Below, piece by piece: positions 52,921 to 64,000 of a stretch of DNA of 64,000 bases. The position numbers were made by a program, and so were the translations under genes. The stretch is from Saccostrea echinata (taxonomy: Eukaryota), in the NCBI RefSeq assembly GCF_033153115.1, contig NW_026889777.1, positions 13,082,001-13,146,000 on the forward strand. Direction: 5' to 3'. Positions within the stretch are counted from its first letter, which is position 1; each line of letters begins with the position of its first letter. Below the pieces are notes generated by a model. The model had not been told where the DNA came from and searched no databases. It was given only the letters and a program-made list of their open reading frames with translations.

Positions 52921-55900
52921 TGACAATGACAATGACTTTATTCTAATTAAACTGGTTACAGTTGTAGAGAATAATAATTAAAACAAATATAAATGACAAT
53001 GCGCATTGCGTGGTAAAATTAACCAGGAGAGCGAACTCTCTCGATAATCTTTTGTACAGATTTACATAGCTTCATCAACTGTTTCTTTTTTGTAATTTTA
53101 AACAGATTCTCAAATTTGTATACATTCGGATTCACCGAATAATAATTAGATAAGTATAATGCATGACCTTGCTTGTTTTAATATTGCGTCAGTACAACTG
53201 AATTATTTTTATAATAAAACTCATTACCAATTTCTTTACAATTACATAGATTACAGATTCTTTATTCTCTAGATATACCGTGCCAGCTCCCTGTTTCAAT
53301 AGGGAGCCTAGCGTTACCAGTTCTAAATTTACAAAAAATTCTCAGAAATTTCACTGGTAAAATGTCAAAATATTTCTCAAAAGACTCTTAAATAACCTAT
53401 AATTAAGTGCTTTTGGTGAATTGGACATTTCACTATACCATGACTGTTTAAATTGATCTATAAGAGTATGATATACTTTACTTTTTAACCACTTGACATT
53501 AATCGTATTAAACTATATGATAAACCACATTCATTTAGAATTTTTTGTACAAATTTACACCATGGTGTTTCGTTTTGATTCATATTTAATGTCAGGAGTT
53601 TTGAAGATATTTTGAATTGTTTGATGCAATCAACTTAGCCCAAAAAGTAATAATTCTTACCTAAATATTAATCAACAATAGAAATCTTCCCAGTTCACCG
53701 TATACCATTGAATTAGGAGTAGATGACTTCACATTTAAGATATGTTTACGAAATTTAAGATGTAGTGTTTCAATTAACAACGACTTATTAAAACCACATA
53801 CTTCACAACCGTATAACAAAATTGGTTTAACAACTTTATCAAAGAGGTCAAGCTTGCATTTAATTTCATAGATAAATTGTGTCTTCTACATTTGCTAACT
53901 ACTCTATACATTGCTCTTGTTGCTTTGTCATACAAATCGATCTTTTATATTCAAATGAAATGACGCACTTTAACAAAATGTAACACAAAGATATCGGTAC
54001 TCGCTAACAACTTCCAATGGTACTTCATTATCTAAAAAGTAAAACTATATTGTGGTTCACTTTACCTCTGCCAAAAATAATAATTTTAGTTTTGTTAAAA
54101 TTCACCTTTAAATTCCATTTTTCACAATATTTAGAAAAAATATCTAATTGATGCTAAAACCATGTTGGTCTTATGAGAGCGAAATAGTATCATCTGCATA
54201 TAACAAGACATACAGTTTCATATATATAAGTAATACTCTTTTCTGTTTTATCTGACAATGTTTATAAACCATTAACATCATTTACAACAAGAAATTCTTC
54301 TAAATCATTGAGATATAGTGAAAAAAGAATAGGTGACAGGTTTTCCACCTGTCTTACCCCAACAGTACAAGGGAAAAAATCAGAGCTTTGTCCATTACAA
54401 AACACTTTGGACTTAATATTTTTATACCTATCTTTAATTATTTTAAAACACTTTCCATCTATATTAATCAACAAAATCTTGTTCCAAAGGCCAATATGCC
54501 AGACAGATTCAAAAGCCTTTTCAAAGTCAATAAATGCACGATATAATTTCTTCTTCAATGATTTGTAAATTTCTATTATAGAATATAAAGAATATATATG
54601 ATCCTGAGTGGAAAAATATTTGCGGAAACCAGCTTGATTTTCCAGTATAACTTCATATAAGAGAAATGCTTTCTGTATATTTACTTATTCTTTCATTCAG
54701 AACAGAAGTAAACATTTTACTCAGACAACTAATTAAGGTAATTGGCCTATAATTCTTTGGATCAGTACCATCACCTTATTTTTATATATGGGCATTATAT
54801 TACCAACCAACCATTGTGATGGGAATATACCTGACTCAAAAATTTTGTTAGATAAACATACAAATAGTTTAAGTAGGCTTACTGTGGTATTTCTGTGGTA
54901 TTTTTAATATATTCATCAAATACTTTATCTTCACCACACGCATTATCATTTTTAAGCATGCGTATACATTTAGATACCTCTTCATATGTAAAAGGTTGAT
55001 TTATATCATGATTTAATTCTACATTTGAGAGAGTTTGAAGTTTCCTCTGTTAATACATAATCGCTTTCATTATCTGAAGTTAGATTACCACATTCCTTAA
55101 AAAATTTTAAAAAATTCTCAATGTGAGCATTACATTTTGATTTACTCTCATTAGTATTTAGAGTTTTCCAATATTCTTTAAGATTTGTTGTGCGTAAAAA
55201 ATTCAATTTCTTTGTCATTTCCGATCTGTGTTTATTTCTTGCACACTTAAAGCTGAACATGACTCGTAAATAGGCATACGCCATTTTCGATAATATAATC
55301 TTAGATATCAGCATCAGGATATACTCTTCGCATTCGTTACACCTGACTGCTCTATTGTCACGGGTATCGGCGTGGAATGGCGACCCGTGTTCGTGCTGGT
55401 TATCTTGCATTACTTTTTTTTTTTTTTTTTTTACATTTTATTGCAGTTACGTATATTTGTGTTTGTAGACTGCACTGACCTGTGCAACTGTTGTAAATCT
55501 CTTTGGTATCTTACTTTCCTGCATTAGAAGAAGTATTACAGTTATTTTTGTCGCTACCAAGTGCTATATAGCATACGCCCGTATACACCGGTGACGATTG
55601 ATTACACTGAACAGAGACCAAGTGAGCGGCTTTATATACAGGGGCCCTCAGATATAGCGCAAGTCCAATTGAATATGGCGGACAGATTCTTTTTACGAAG
55701 CGTGTTCAGCTTTAAGTTTATATTTATACTTTTTCCCAGGTTCATACAGATATACAACTTCCATATTTTTTATACATCCTTTTTGCTATTCTATAGTTTT
55801 GCCTTGCAATCTTACATTCAGTTGTAGACCATGGTTTTTTAAAACTACAGTGTTTCTTTCTTATACTTGTATTCACAACACAACAACTCTTTGAGTACCA

Positions 55901-58582
55901 AAAGTTTCTCTAGCACTTTCCACTAAGATTTCACAAGTTTGACTAACTATTTATTCAATAAATTCCTGTGATGTATTTTCTGTTTTTCAATTTTCTATTT
56001 CACATTCTAATTGTAAAATTTTGTCTGACTTTAAATCTACCGAAAGTTTATAAGATAATAAGCCTTCATTGTTCCATTTTCGTACAATTTCAAAATCTTG
56101 TTCTTTAAATGGCGAACTATTGCTTGAACAAAGAAAATTTCCAAATAATAGACACAACAAAATAAGGCTATGAATATCAGATAAAAAAGATGAAAATGGT
56201 AATACTTGCATATCTTGTTCATACTTTAAGAAATTTATATTGGCTATACAATAATCTACAACACTAGTCTGCTTACAGGTTAATTCTCCATTAATATCCC
56301 CCTTTGTTCTACCATTCAAGATATAACAATTTTTACATATATCATTGAGTTTTCTTCCATATTGATTAATTGTTTTATCTTTTGATTTTCTTTCTATTGA
56401 AAAACCATACTTTTCTAAATTAAACACATCTTGACTTTCTTCTAGTATTATGTCTCTTTCTAATGCAGTTAAATCATTTTCAGTAAAAGAAATACAATGT
56501 ATAGTCTTTCTCGATGGACGTTCTACTATTAAAATCACCTAATATACATACACAGCTATATTCAGTTAACATCATAATGACCTCTTTTTCAATTTCCTCA
56601 AAAAAAAGTTGTTGATGAAAAAACGTGAATTACATGGGGGTACGTGAACATTTCCAACTACAACATGTTTATCAATTCCCAATGAACTTTCATTAATTTT
56701 TAACCATAAGATTTGGTCACATTCATTTTCAATAATGGATACATTAGGTGCATAATTATTTTGGACATAAATAACTAATCCACCTGATTTTCGAAATGAT
56801 AACACAGATCTATGTTTACTAAAAGCTGTGTAATTTTCTAAATTAATTAAATCTGCACTATCTGTTTTTGTTTCCGAAAGACATATGATATCATATTTAT
56901 TGATGAAATTTGTAAATTCTTTATCCTGTAATTTTGAAGTAAGCCTACACACATTTAGACTGATTATTTTAAGTTTCTTTTCCTTTTCGAGAGAGATATT
57001 CTTGCTTGTTATGGTTCCTGGATGGATTGTAGACTGCTCTCCATGGTGATCCTAATAGCCGTTTCCTTCAGTAAGCCTTTCCATTGCCTGTGGTACAAGT
57101 GGAACAACGTTAGGGTTTGCTTGCCTGTTTTCTCTGGTTAGCCCCTCCATTAACTGTGGTGGTGATGATACAACATTGAATTTAGCTTGAGTTCTGTATC
57201 GTGGTGTTCTTCCATAGGTTGACATACTGCTATTACTTTCCATTTGAATTCCTGTATTATCACCCACTTTCATGATAAAGGCGGTAATTTCTTCTGCTTC
57301 TACTCGTTTCCCATCTACCACTAGTTTGGTTGGTATTTCATCAATTTCCACTCTTTTCCCGTCTATAATTAATTTATCCATCACAAGTTTGGCTTTTTTT
57401 CCCTTTTTTTTAATTTTATATTTTTATTATTTTTTTTTTTTTTTGCTTTCTTGTATTAAGGGTAAAGTTGTTTCCTTCTTTCTGCAACTTCTCTCGGGAA
57501 TTGCTCGTTTTTTTCTTATGGTTTTTCTCGTAACTTGTTCGGTGCGGCGTTTCTGACGGATTTTCGATCTTTGAAACGAACAAATTTCGCAACTATTGGC
57601 CGATGTTTAAATAATGATTTTCTACCAATTCTATGGACACGGTGAAACTCAATGTCTGACATAATTTCTAGTTCATTTTTTATGAAGGCTTTAATTACTT
57701 CTTCTGCGTTTTCTTCTGCTTCTTCTTTTATTCCGTCAAAAACCAAGTTGTCCCTCATTGAACTCATTTGTAAATCTAAATTGAGTTCTCTTAATTCACT
57801 GACTTCTGTTTTCAGTGCTTGAATCTCTTTAACTGACTTCTTGATTACATTTACCTCTTGTTGACAATCCTCGTGTAGTTTCCTATGAAGGTCAATCCGT
57901 TTTCTAGGTCGTTGACCTTGGCTTTCATTTCTTTCGCACAGTCTAATTCTACGTTAATAGTGTGCACATTTTTTTCTAGAACATCTAGCCTGTTCTCATT
58001 TATAGTAAGCTTATCTAGCTTTCGGTCGATTGTCTCTAATTTATCCACAAGGGTTTTCATAACGTCTTGCATATCACCCTGTGCTGGTTCCCGCGCACTA
58101 GCCGAATTGTTGATTTGACCTACATTTCCCATTCCCATGTTATTCGTAGTTGGGGAGACATAGCTAACAAATTGCCCGTGTGGGGGCCACATGAGCCCAT
58201 GAGGAGAATACGTAATAAATTGGGGGTTTCCCTGATAGCCCTGATAGCTTGGTGTAGACTGTTGTATTGGTATTAAGTTATTACTTACATTATTGCTATT
58301 ATGTACATTGTTTTCCATTGTGGGAGCTATAACTGGTGCTCTATTTGTTTTTCTTGGTATCGACACGGTTGAGTGACTTACATGAAATTTTTCCTCGCTT
58401 TCACCACTTATGTTACCATCTGAATTCTTCCTTTTCTTTGTTTCCTTTTTCTTCTTGGCTTTAGGCATTCTTTAGAACGTCTTCACTTATCTTTCTAATC
58501 ATATCCCGCCGGTGATTACACTTATATTTATCAAAATTCGGAGCAAAACTTGAAGTCCGACATTATTAACCCACGCATGCGC
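52921..58582 (-). mobile_element. Full-length degenerate non-LTR retrotransposon (CR1/L2-group LINE)
   Basis: ORF1 ~58468-57052: coiled coil plus RRM-like DNLVFDGIKE...HRIGR...RPIVAKF. ORF2 has APE motifs (DIICLSET, SVVDY, SDIH) and RT motifs (FIDFEKAF, GVRQ.ENLSP, YADD at ~54189-54200). AATAAA plus a (TTGTCA)n tail at 52921-52952. Absent at the paralogous site (46586). Confidence 0.92.
55251..55711. mobile_element. Kolobok-like MITE nested in LINE ORF2
   Basis: TTAA at 55247-55250 and 55712-55715. TIR agctgaacatgactcgtaaa / tttacgaagcgtgttcagct. Confidence 0.85.
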
Positions 58583-58757
58583 CTTGATTGAAATAATGCT
58601 TAGCAGGTTGGGAGTGAAGGAGTTGAAATTCAATGTTAGAATTTTGTTTTGTAATACAGAATTCGAGAGAAGTTGCGTGTAGGTTTTGGTGATTTCATGA
58701 TATAATGTTATATGATGTTATGTTTTATGGTATTCTTGATTTATGAAAATGTTCTCT

Positions 58758-58907
58758 NNNNNNNNNNNNNNNNNNNNNNNNNNNNNNNNNNNNNNNNNNN
58801 NNNNNNNNNNNNNNNNNNNNNNNNNNNNNNNNNNNNNNNNNNNNNNNNNNNNNNNNNNNNNNNNNNNNNNNNNNNNNNNNNNNNNNNNNNNNNNNNNNNN
58901 NNNNNNN
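58758..58907. other. Assembly gap
   Basis: Run of N. Confidence 0.99.
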
Positions 58908-59264
58908 AGGAAAATTTATATTTTAATATCCAATGTGTGTTTTGCCTTTCACCAAGCGAGAGAGAGAGAGAGAGAGAGAGTAAAATCACTATATTGAGGT
59001 TGCAAAAATACGTACAAGTATATGATATGTTCTGCTGGAAAAGAGTTGGAATGCTTTCATTTGATGTATATGTAAATGTAAAAATCATAATCGTAATCTA
59101 CATAACTATTTTGTATTAATTGCACCAGAATACTTATGTTTACATCTCATGTTTTATACAGTATTCCCAGTATTTTTTGAATGTTTTTCAGTATCACTTA
59201 AACATGAAATAGTCTAGTCAATCTATCAAAAAAAATTGAGCTCAACCTCCTACATCTTACAACA

Positions 59265-59817
59265 GTATACAATTATGGACTCTTTCGGTGGTGAATATGG
59301 TTTGTTATTCACCAGAAAAATATCAATATTGACCGAGGCGAAGCCGAGGTCAATATTGATATTTTTCTGGTGAATAACAAACTATATTCACCACCGAAAG
59401 AGTCCATAATTGTTTTGTTATATAGTCCGGATTTGAATAAATAAGACATTGAAGGCTGCATGATGATACCACTTCCATTTACGAACTTCTGTCGTAGAAA
59501 TTTTTTTCAAAAATGTCCAGATTACAAATTATAACTTCCGTGTTTTCCTTTTGCTGTTTGTAAGACCTCGTAATGTTTAGAAAATAACACTGCAATAGGC
59601 TTGGCTAATGTTTTTCCTGCTCAGACACACAGCTGGCTCCGGCCGTTGCAACCATTGTTTACAACGTTGTTTGAGGTGTTGATTGTGACGTCAAAATGCC
59701 GCTGCACACGCACCGACCCTCCGGTGAATACGGCTTCAAAACCAGTGAATATGTAGTGTTATGAACTGTTTGCGTTTGTATAGATTATATAGGGACTATA
59801 AATAGACTATATAATAA
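59265..59817 (+). mobile_element. Hairpin-terminated non-autonomous element (Crypton-like, tentative)
   Basis: Hairpin 59269-59413 centred on GCGAAGC (59338-59344). IR ttatatagtc / gactatataa at 59418-59427 / 59805-59814. Absent at the paralogous site (~47179). Confidence 0.82.
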
Positions 59818-61727
59818 TAAAAATTATTACTTTTACGATTATTAAGTTCGAGTTTATTTGAAATATTTGTAGAAAAAAGTCTAGAAAAAAATCTAATGAA
59901 AGGAAAGCATAAGTTTGGCATGATTTAATGATCTATGGAAATTACTACAGAAAAAGGGGCTTAACCTTGTAAATCTATCCATATAATAGAAGAGAAATGC
60001 TCATTTTACAAAATAGTGTGATATGGTTTAAAGTGTTTGATATTATCAAACGATCATTTGTTACATAGATAATATCAATATTTAATGAATGTTTTTAATA
60101 GAATTATATATTTGTTTTTTGGTCATGAATTTTTTTTGAATAATAACTTTAAAAACAATAGTCAGTGAATACCGTTTTTCTAAAGGGGGCTATAAGTTTC
60201 AATTTTCCTTGAGATTTTATTTTAGTGTGTAAAAATAATTTTATTCCTATATTTCTGTATCCTAATATTAAATGATGTTGAAAAACAAACACATTTAGAT
60301 TTTAAAGACAATATGTTTCCTATATTCTGAAGATTGGCCTCAGCAAAAAAAATTTATCATGAAGGGGAAAATGCAGCAGACTCAGAACTGGGCTGAAGTA
60401 TCTGTTATAATGTTTTTTGCCGAGTATAAAAGTACCATTCTGTGGAGTATAATTCACTTCCTCTTCTTCATGATGGAATAGTGCTCTAATAAGACATGAA
60501 CTACATGTAAAATTCACTGTATGGGCAAGAGTTATGCCCCCTTTTCGTGTTTATGTACCCCCAAATAATGCTTTCCACCTCTCAAATTTTATTAGAAATA
60601 TTTTGTGGTTACTTTCGTTTATTTATTAATTTTTTTAAACACTTTCTGTTACAATTAGTTTGATATTAAATGATAAATTGACTAGACTAAAATAAGTGTT
60701 TCACATGTGTAATCAGTTTGAAGGAATCCTCCAGTTTGAGTTGGAAGTGATGTTTAATTAAATCTTTTTATCTTGATCATAGATCACCTATTACAAGACA
60801 GTAATGCATTCGTTTGAAGATGTTTTATATTTATTATCTGTTTGAATGACCTGGGCTGTGTTTTATATTTTTGTTGAGAAATAAAAATTTATAAACCATA
60901 TTCTAACCATGTGACAATCATCAGATTTGAAAAATGGCATTGTCGCTAAATATGTCATCCTGGATAAATAAAGGCTTTATTTTAGTATTATTGGAAATGG
61001 GTGCTTTATGTTTTTGATGACCTTTTTCTTTCTTTCTTTTTTAATTTTTGGCTTTTTAAGAAATGCTTGCTTTGTAGCACACCCTACTGAAAAAAAAAAT
61101 TGGATGTCCCCCTCCCCTCGAACTGAAAATGCTTCCTACGGGACTGTTTTCGTGGGAAAATAAGAGAGATATTTATAGTAGCATTAAGATTAATGCAAGG
61201 CTATGCTTGCACATGCGCTTGATTCTGAATTGCTAATACTTTAAGGACTGTCTGTCTATAATGTAGGAATACATTACCTATATTCAAAATGAAGCTCCAG
61301 ACAGCTCAATATTACGTTATGTATGCATTATATGTAGGTAAACAAGTCCTAGAGAATTGGGAATATGAGAGGCAATGAGATTATAACATTAAAATATTCC
61401 AGATTCCAAATCCAATTTGATATTTATAAGACATTTTCATCGATTATTAATCCTAATGCATAGGGAAAAAGTTCCTATTTTAAAAATTTCATTTAAGTAC
61501 AAAGTTTATGCATGTACAGTTCTTTCCCGATAAGCAGACATACGTAAAGTCTATGATTATTTTACTGTAGTACTGCAATATAGACGTTTTTATCCATCTA
61601 CACGTACTTTATATATAGCTCAGTGATATATATAAGAAGTTTCTCGTTTAATATCAATAGTTTATTTTATTTACAGAATACATGACAATGACAATGTCGG
61701 CGTAAACACTTTCATCCATTTAAGTTT

Positions 61728-62517
61728 TCAATAATAATCCTGAAAAAAAAAGAAAGAAAGATGAACTGTTACATGCAGAAACCATCAAATTAGTAATATT
61801 CTGGAGGAAAAATAAAAAATGCAAATTTGCCACCATATGAACAGTTATCGTTCTCCTTATTACCTTGAATCCTACACCAGAATAGATTCCTCCTTTACCA
61901 CCATAGTTACCGCCCATCAATCCTTTTCCTCCAACCATCACTCCTCCATATCCATAATTATCCCAGCTACTACCCATTAATCCTTTGCCTCCAAGGATGA
62001 TTCCTCCGAGTCCTTTACCACCGTAGTTACCGCCCATCCATCCTTTTCCTCCAACCATCACTCCTCCATATCCATAATTATCCCAGCTACTACCCATTAA
62101 TCCTTTGCCTCCAAGGATGATTCCTCCGAGTCCTTTACCACCGTAGTTACCGCCAATCAAACCTTTTCCTCCAACCATCATTCCTCCATATCCATAACCA
62201 TCCCATCTACCGCCCATTAATCCTTTGCCTCCAAGGATGATTCCTCCGAGTCCTTTACCACCGTAGTTACCGCCCATCCATCCTTTTCCTCCAACCATCA
62301 CTCCTCCATATCCATAATTATCCCAGCTACTGCCCATTAATCCTTTTCCTCCAAGGATGACTCCTCCCAGTCCTTTACCATGTCCTACAAGTCCTTTGCC
62401 ACCATAGACGATTCCTCCATATCCTTGGCCGACATTTAATCCACCGTAGGAGGGATTATAGTAGTCATCACACACGGCTACAGAGAACAGAGCCAGACAA
62501 CACAGCAGCTTGATCAT
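61728..62517 (-). CDS. Secreted Gly/Tyr/Lys/Met-rich repeat protein, copy 2, ~221 aa
   Basis: Coding exons 62517-61864 and 61739-61728. Same signal peptide, four 40-aa repeats, C-terminus GFK-DYY. Non-coding exon 1 ends at 63414. Confidence 0.85.
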
Positions 62518-63413
62518 CCTTTGAAAAAATAAGTTTTTTTTTTACAGGAAGCACACAAGCCAATATTGCAGGGTATTAAGAGTGAAGTTGGAAAATTCAT
62601 GCTTTAGAGATACAATCCTCAATCGTCAGGAAATCATTTTTTTTTTAGAATTAACGTGATATTAAGTTTTAAATCTTTTCATGACGTATACATGTATATG
62701 ATGATTGTTTCAAATTGACAAGAGGTCGAAAACACATGTGTACATAGGACAATTTCTCAAAATTAGTATCTTCAGCTCAGAAAATTATACACAAATAATT
62801 CAGATCCCTTGGATTCTCATTAATTGAGGCTTATTGTAAGAACAAATTGTTGATATTTTCAAATAACTGAGAAGTTACTGATACAGGTAGGAATCATTTA
62901 ATAAAATTTAAAAAAAAAACTTTCGAAAAAAAAACTTCAAAACTAAATTATAATTTTGATACTAATAAAATAAACAATTTTCAATGCATTATATAGTATA
63001 CAAGAACATATTTTAAAACAAGTAAAAGAAATTCTTAAAATGCGTGAGAAATCGAGAGAAGCTTGTGATATTATATAACTTTAATTTCATGTTTATATAT
63101 ATACTAGTATGTACATTTTATATTCCACGTTTAGCATTATATTCTTTCTGTTCCCTGAATAATATTTTTTGTATATAAGGTTCCTCAACTAGAGCTGGAA
63201 TTTTTAACTGGAGCTTTTTCAAGTCAAGTTTTCTTAATATTTAATTTGTCAAAAGATTGTAAACATGCCAGGAAATCAAAAACGGACTAGAAATTAAAAA
63301 AAGTCCATGGTTCATTCAATAAAGGCAAGATCTCTTCAAGCTTCGGCTTGACATTTTTTACCATGCAGCATAATAAAGATAAAGCAAGTACCGAATTGAA
63401 ACTTACTTCTTAC

Positions 63414-63481
63414 CTTGTGTGATGTGACGGATCTGAGAGAAGATTCTGTGAGGACAGACTGATAAAGCTCTCCTATTTATA
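63414..63481 (-). promoter_or_regulatory. TATA box and non-coding exon 1 of Gly-rich gene copy 2
   Basis: Identical to 52134-52201. Confidence 0.7.
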
Positions 63482-64000
63482 CTGCTACTCCAACGAAATT
63501 TAAAGGTTAATTCTGTATTTTCAATACCCACACGTCCAGGTGATTTATTAAGAAATGCGTTAGTGTTTAGAGGAAACTTATCATTTTTTATATTTCAATG
63601 ATACTTCCGGTTTTTAATTTATAAATGTTGAAATCTTACGATTCTCTTAATATAATCTGTTATACCTGTTGTCAAGCGAAAATTTACAAAATAAGAGGTC
63701 ATAAAACATGTTAATTTATTGTAAACTCAATTAACATATGCTTTTGTAGCAGGTGCCACTTTTAACAAAAATTGTAACAGAGTTGCAGATTCAACGACAA
63801 CTTTTTTTTTTACAATTCGTTTCATTAATTTTAATTCACCAAGGAAACCATAGACCTATTTAAAAAAAAATCTTAAGGTATCCTACACTGTATACATAAA
63901 TAGCAAAAAATTTTTCTCCCTAACAAAGAGTCAATTCAAAGAAAATGTCTTATATTCCAAAGATCGGAGTAAAAGAAAAAGTTCTAACAAGAGAATTTTA

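Larger units (their letters stand above)
46279..63883 (+). repeat. Tandem segmental duplication: unit 1 46279-52606, unit 2 52607-63883
   Basis: Colinear homology throughout. The junction tcttaaggtatcc|gaggtttttggattggaggg joins the unit end (also at 63871-63883) to the unit start in the last ZSWIM2 exon. Confidence 0.92.

Noticed and set aside
49580-52936. tgacaatgacaatg occurs in both the Gly-rich gene 3' UTR and the LINE tail
   Set aside because: A short simple repeat with no flanking homology; likely coincidence.
53277-53515. Small insert in the LINE with a gctccct/agggagc hairpin
   Set aside because: It probably interrupts ORF2, but its ends and family could not be defined.

Overview
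AT-rich, intron-containing animal DNA; the repeat content and gene set suggest a bivalve, probably an oyster (inference). Two N-gaps occur at 7017-7152 and 58758-58907. Gene models built by hand from splice sites and frame continuity: (1) a 6-exon, ~657-aa non-canonical ubiquitin-conjugating enzyme with a long uncharacterised C-terminal domain and a GRG/Lys tail (9824-16838, +); (2) enkurin (20967-22632, +); (3) a TFPT-like coiled coil fused to an HMG box, the Nhp10-like architecture (26440-32630, -); (4) ZSWIM2 (37866-46341, +); (5,6) two paralogous secreted Gly/Tyr/Lys/Met-rich repeat proteins (-) created by a tandem duplication (46279-52606 / 52607-63883). The second duplicate unit carries a full-length degenerate CR1/L2-type LINE. 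Non-coding DNA is full of nested non-autonomous DNA transposons whose TIRs and TSDs can be read directly. The most unusual observations are three. First, several sequence-unrelated insertion families share a terminal-hairpin architecture, and most carry a GNA-triloop mini-hairpin plus tandem G.A mismatches on the same strand. Second, an inverted pair of minimal hammerhead ribozyme motifs lies between two convergent genes. Third, the E2 lacks the HPN motif and resembles a patchily distributed family.
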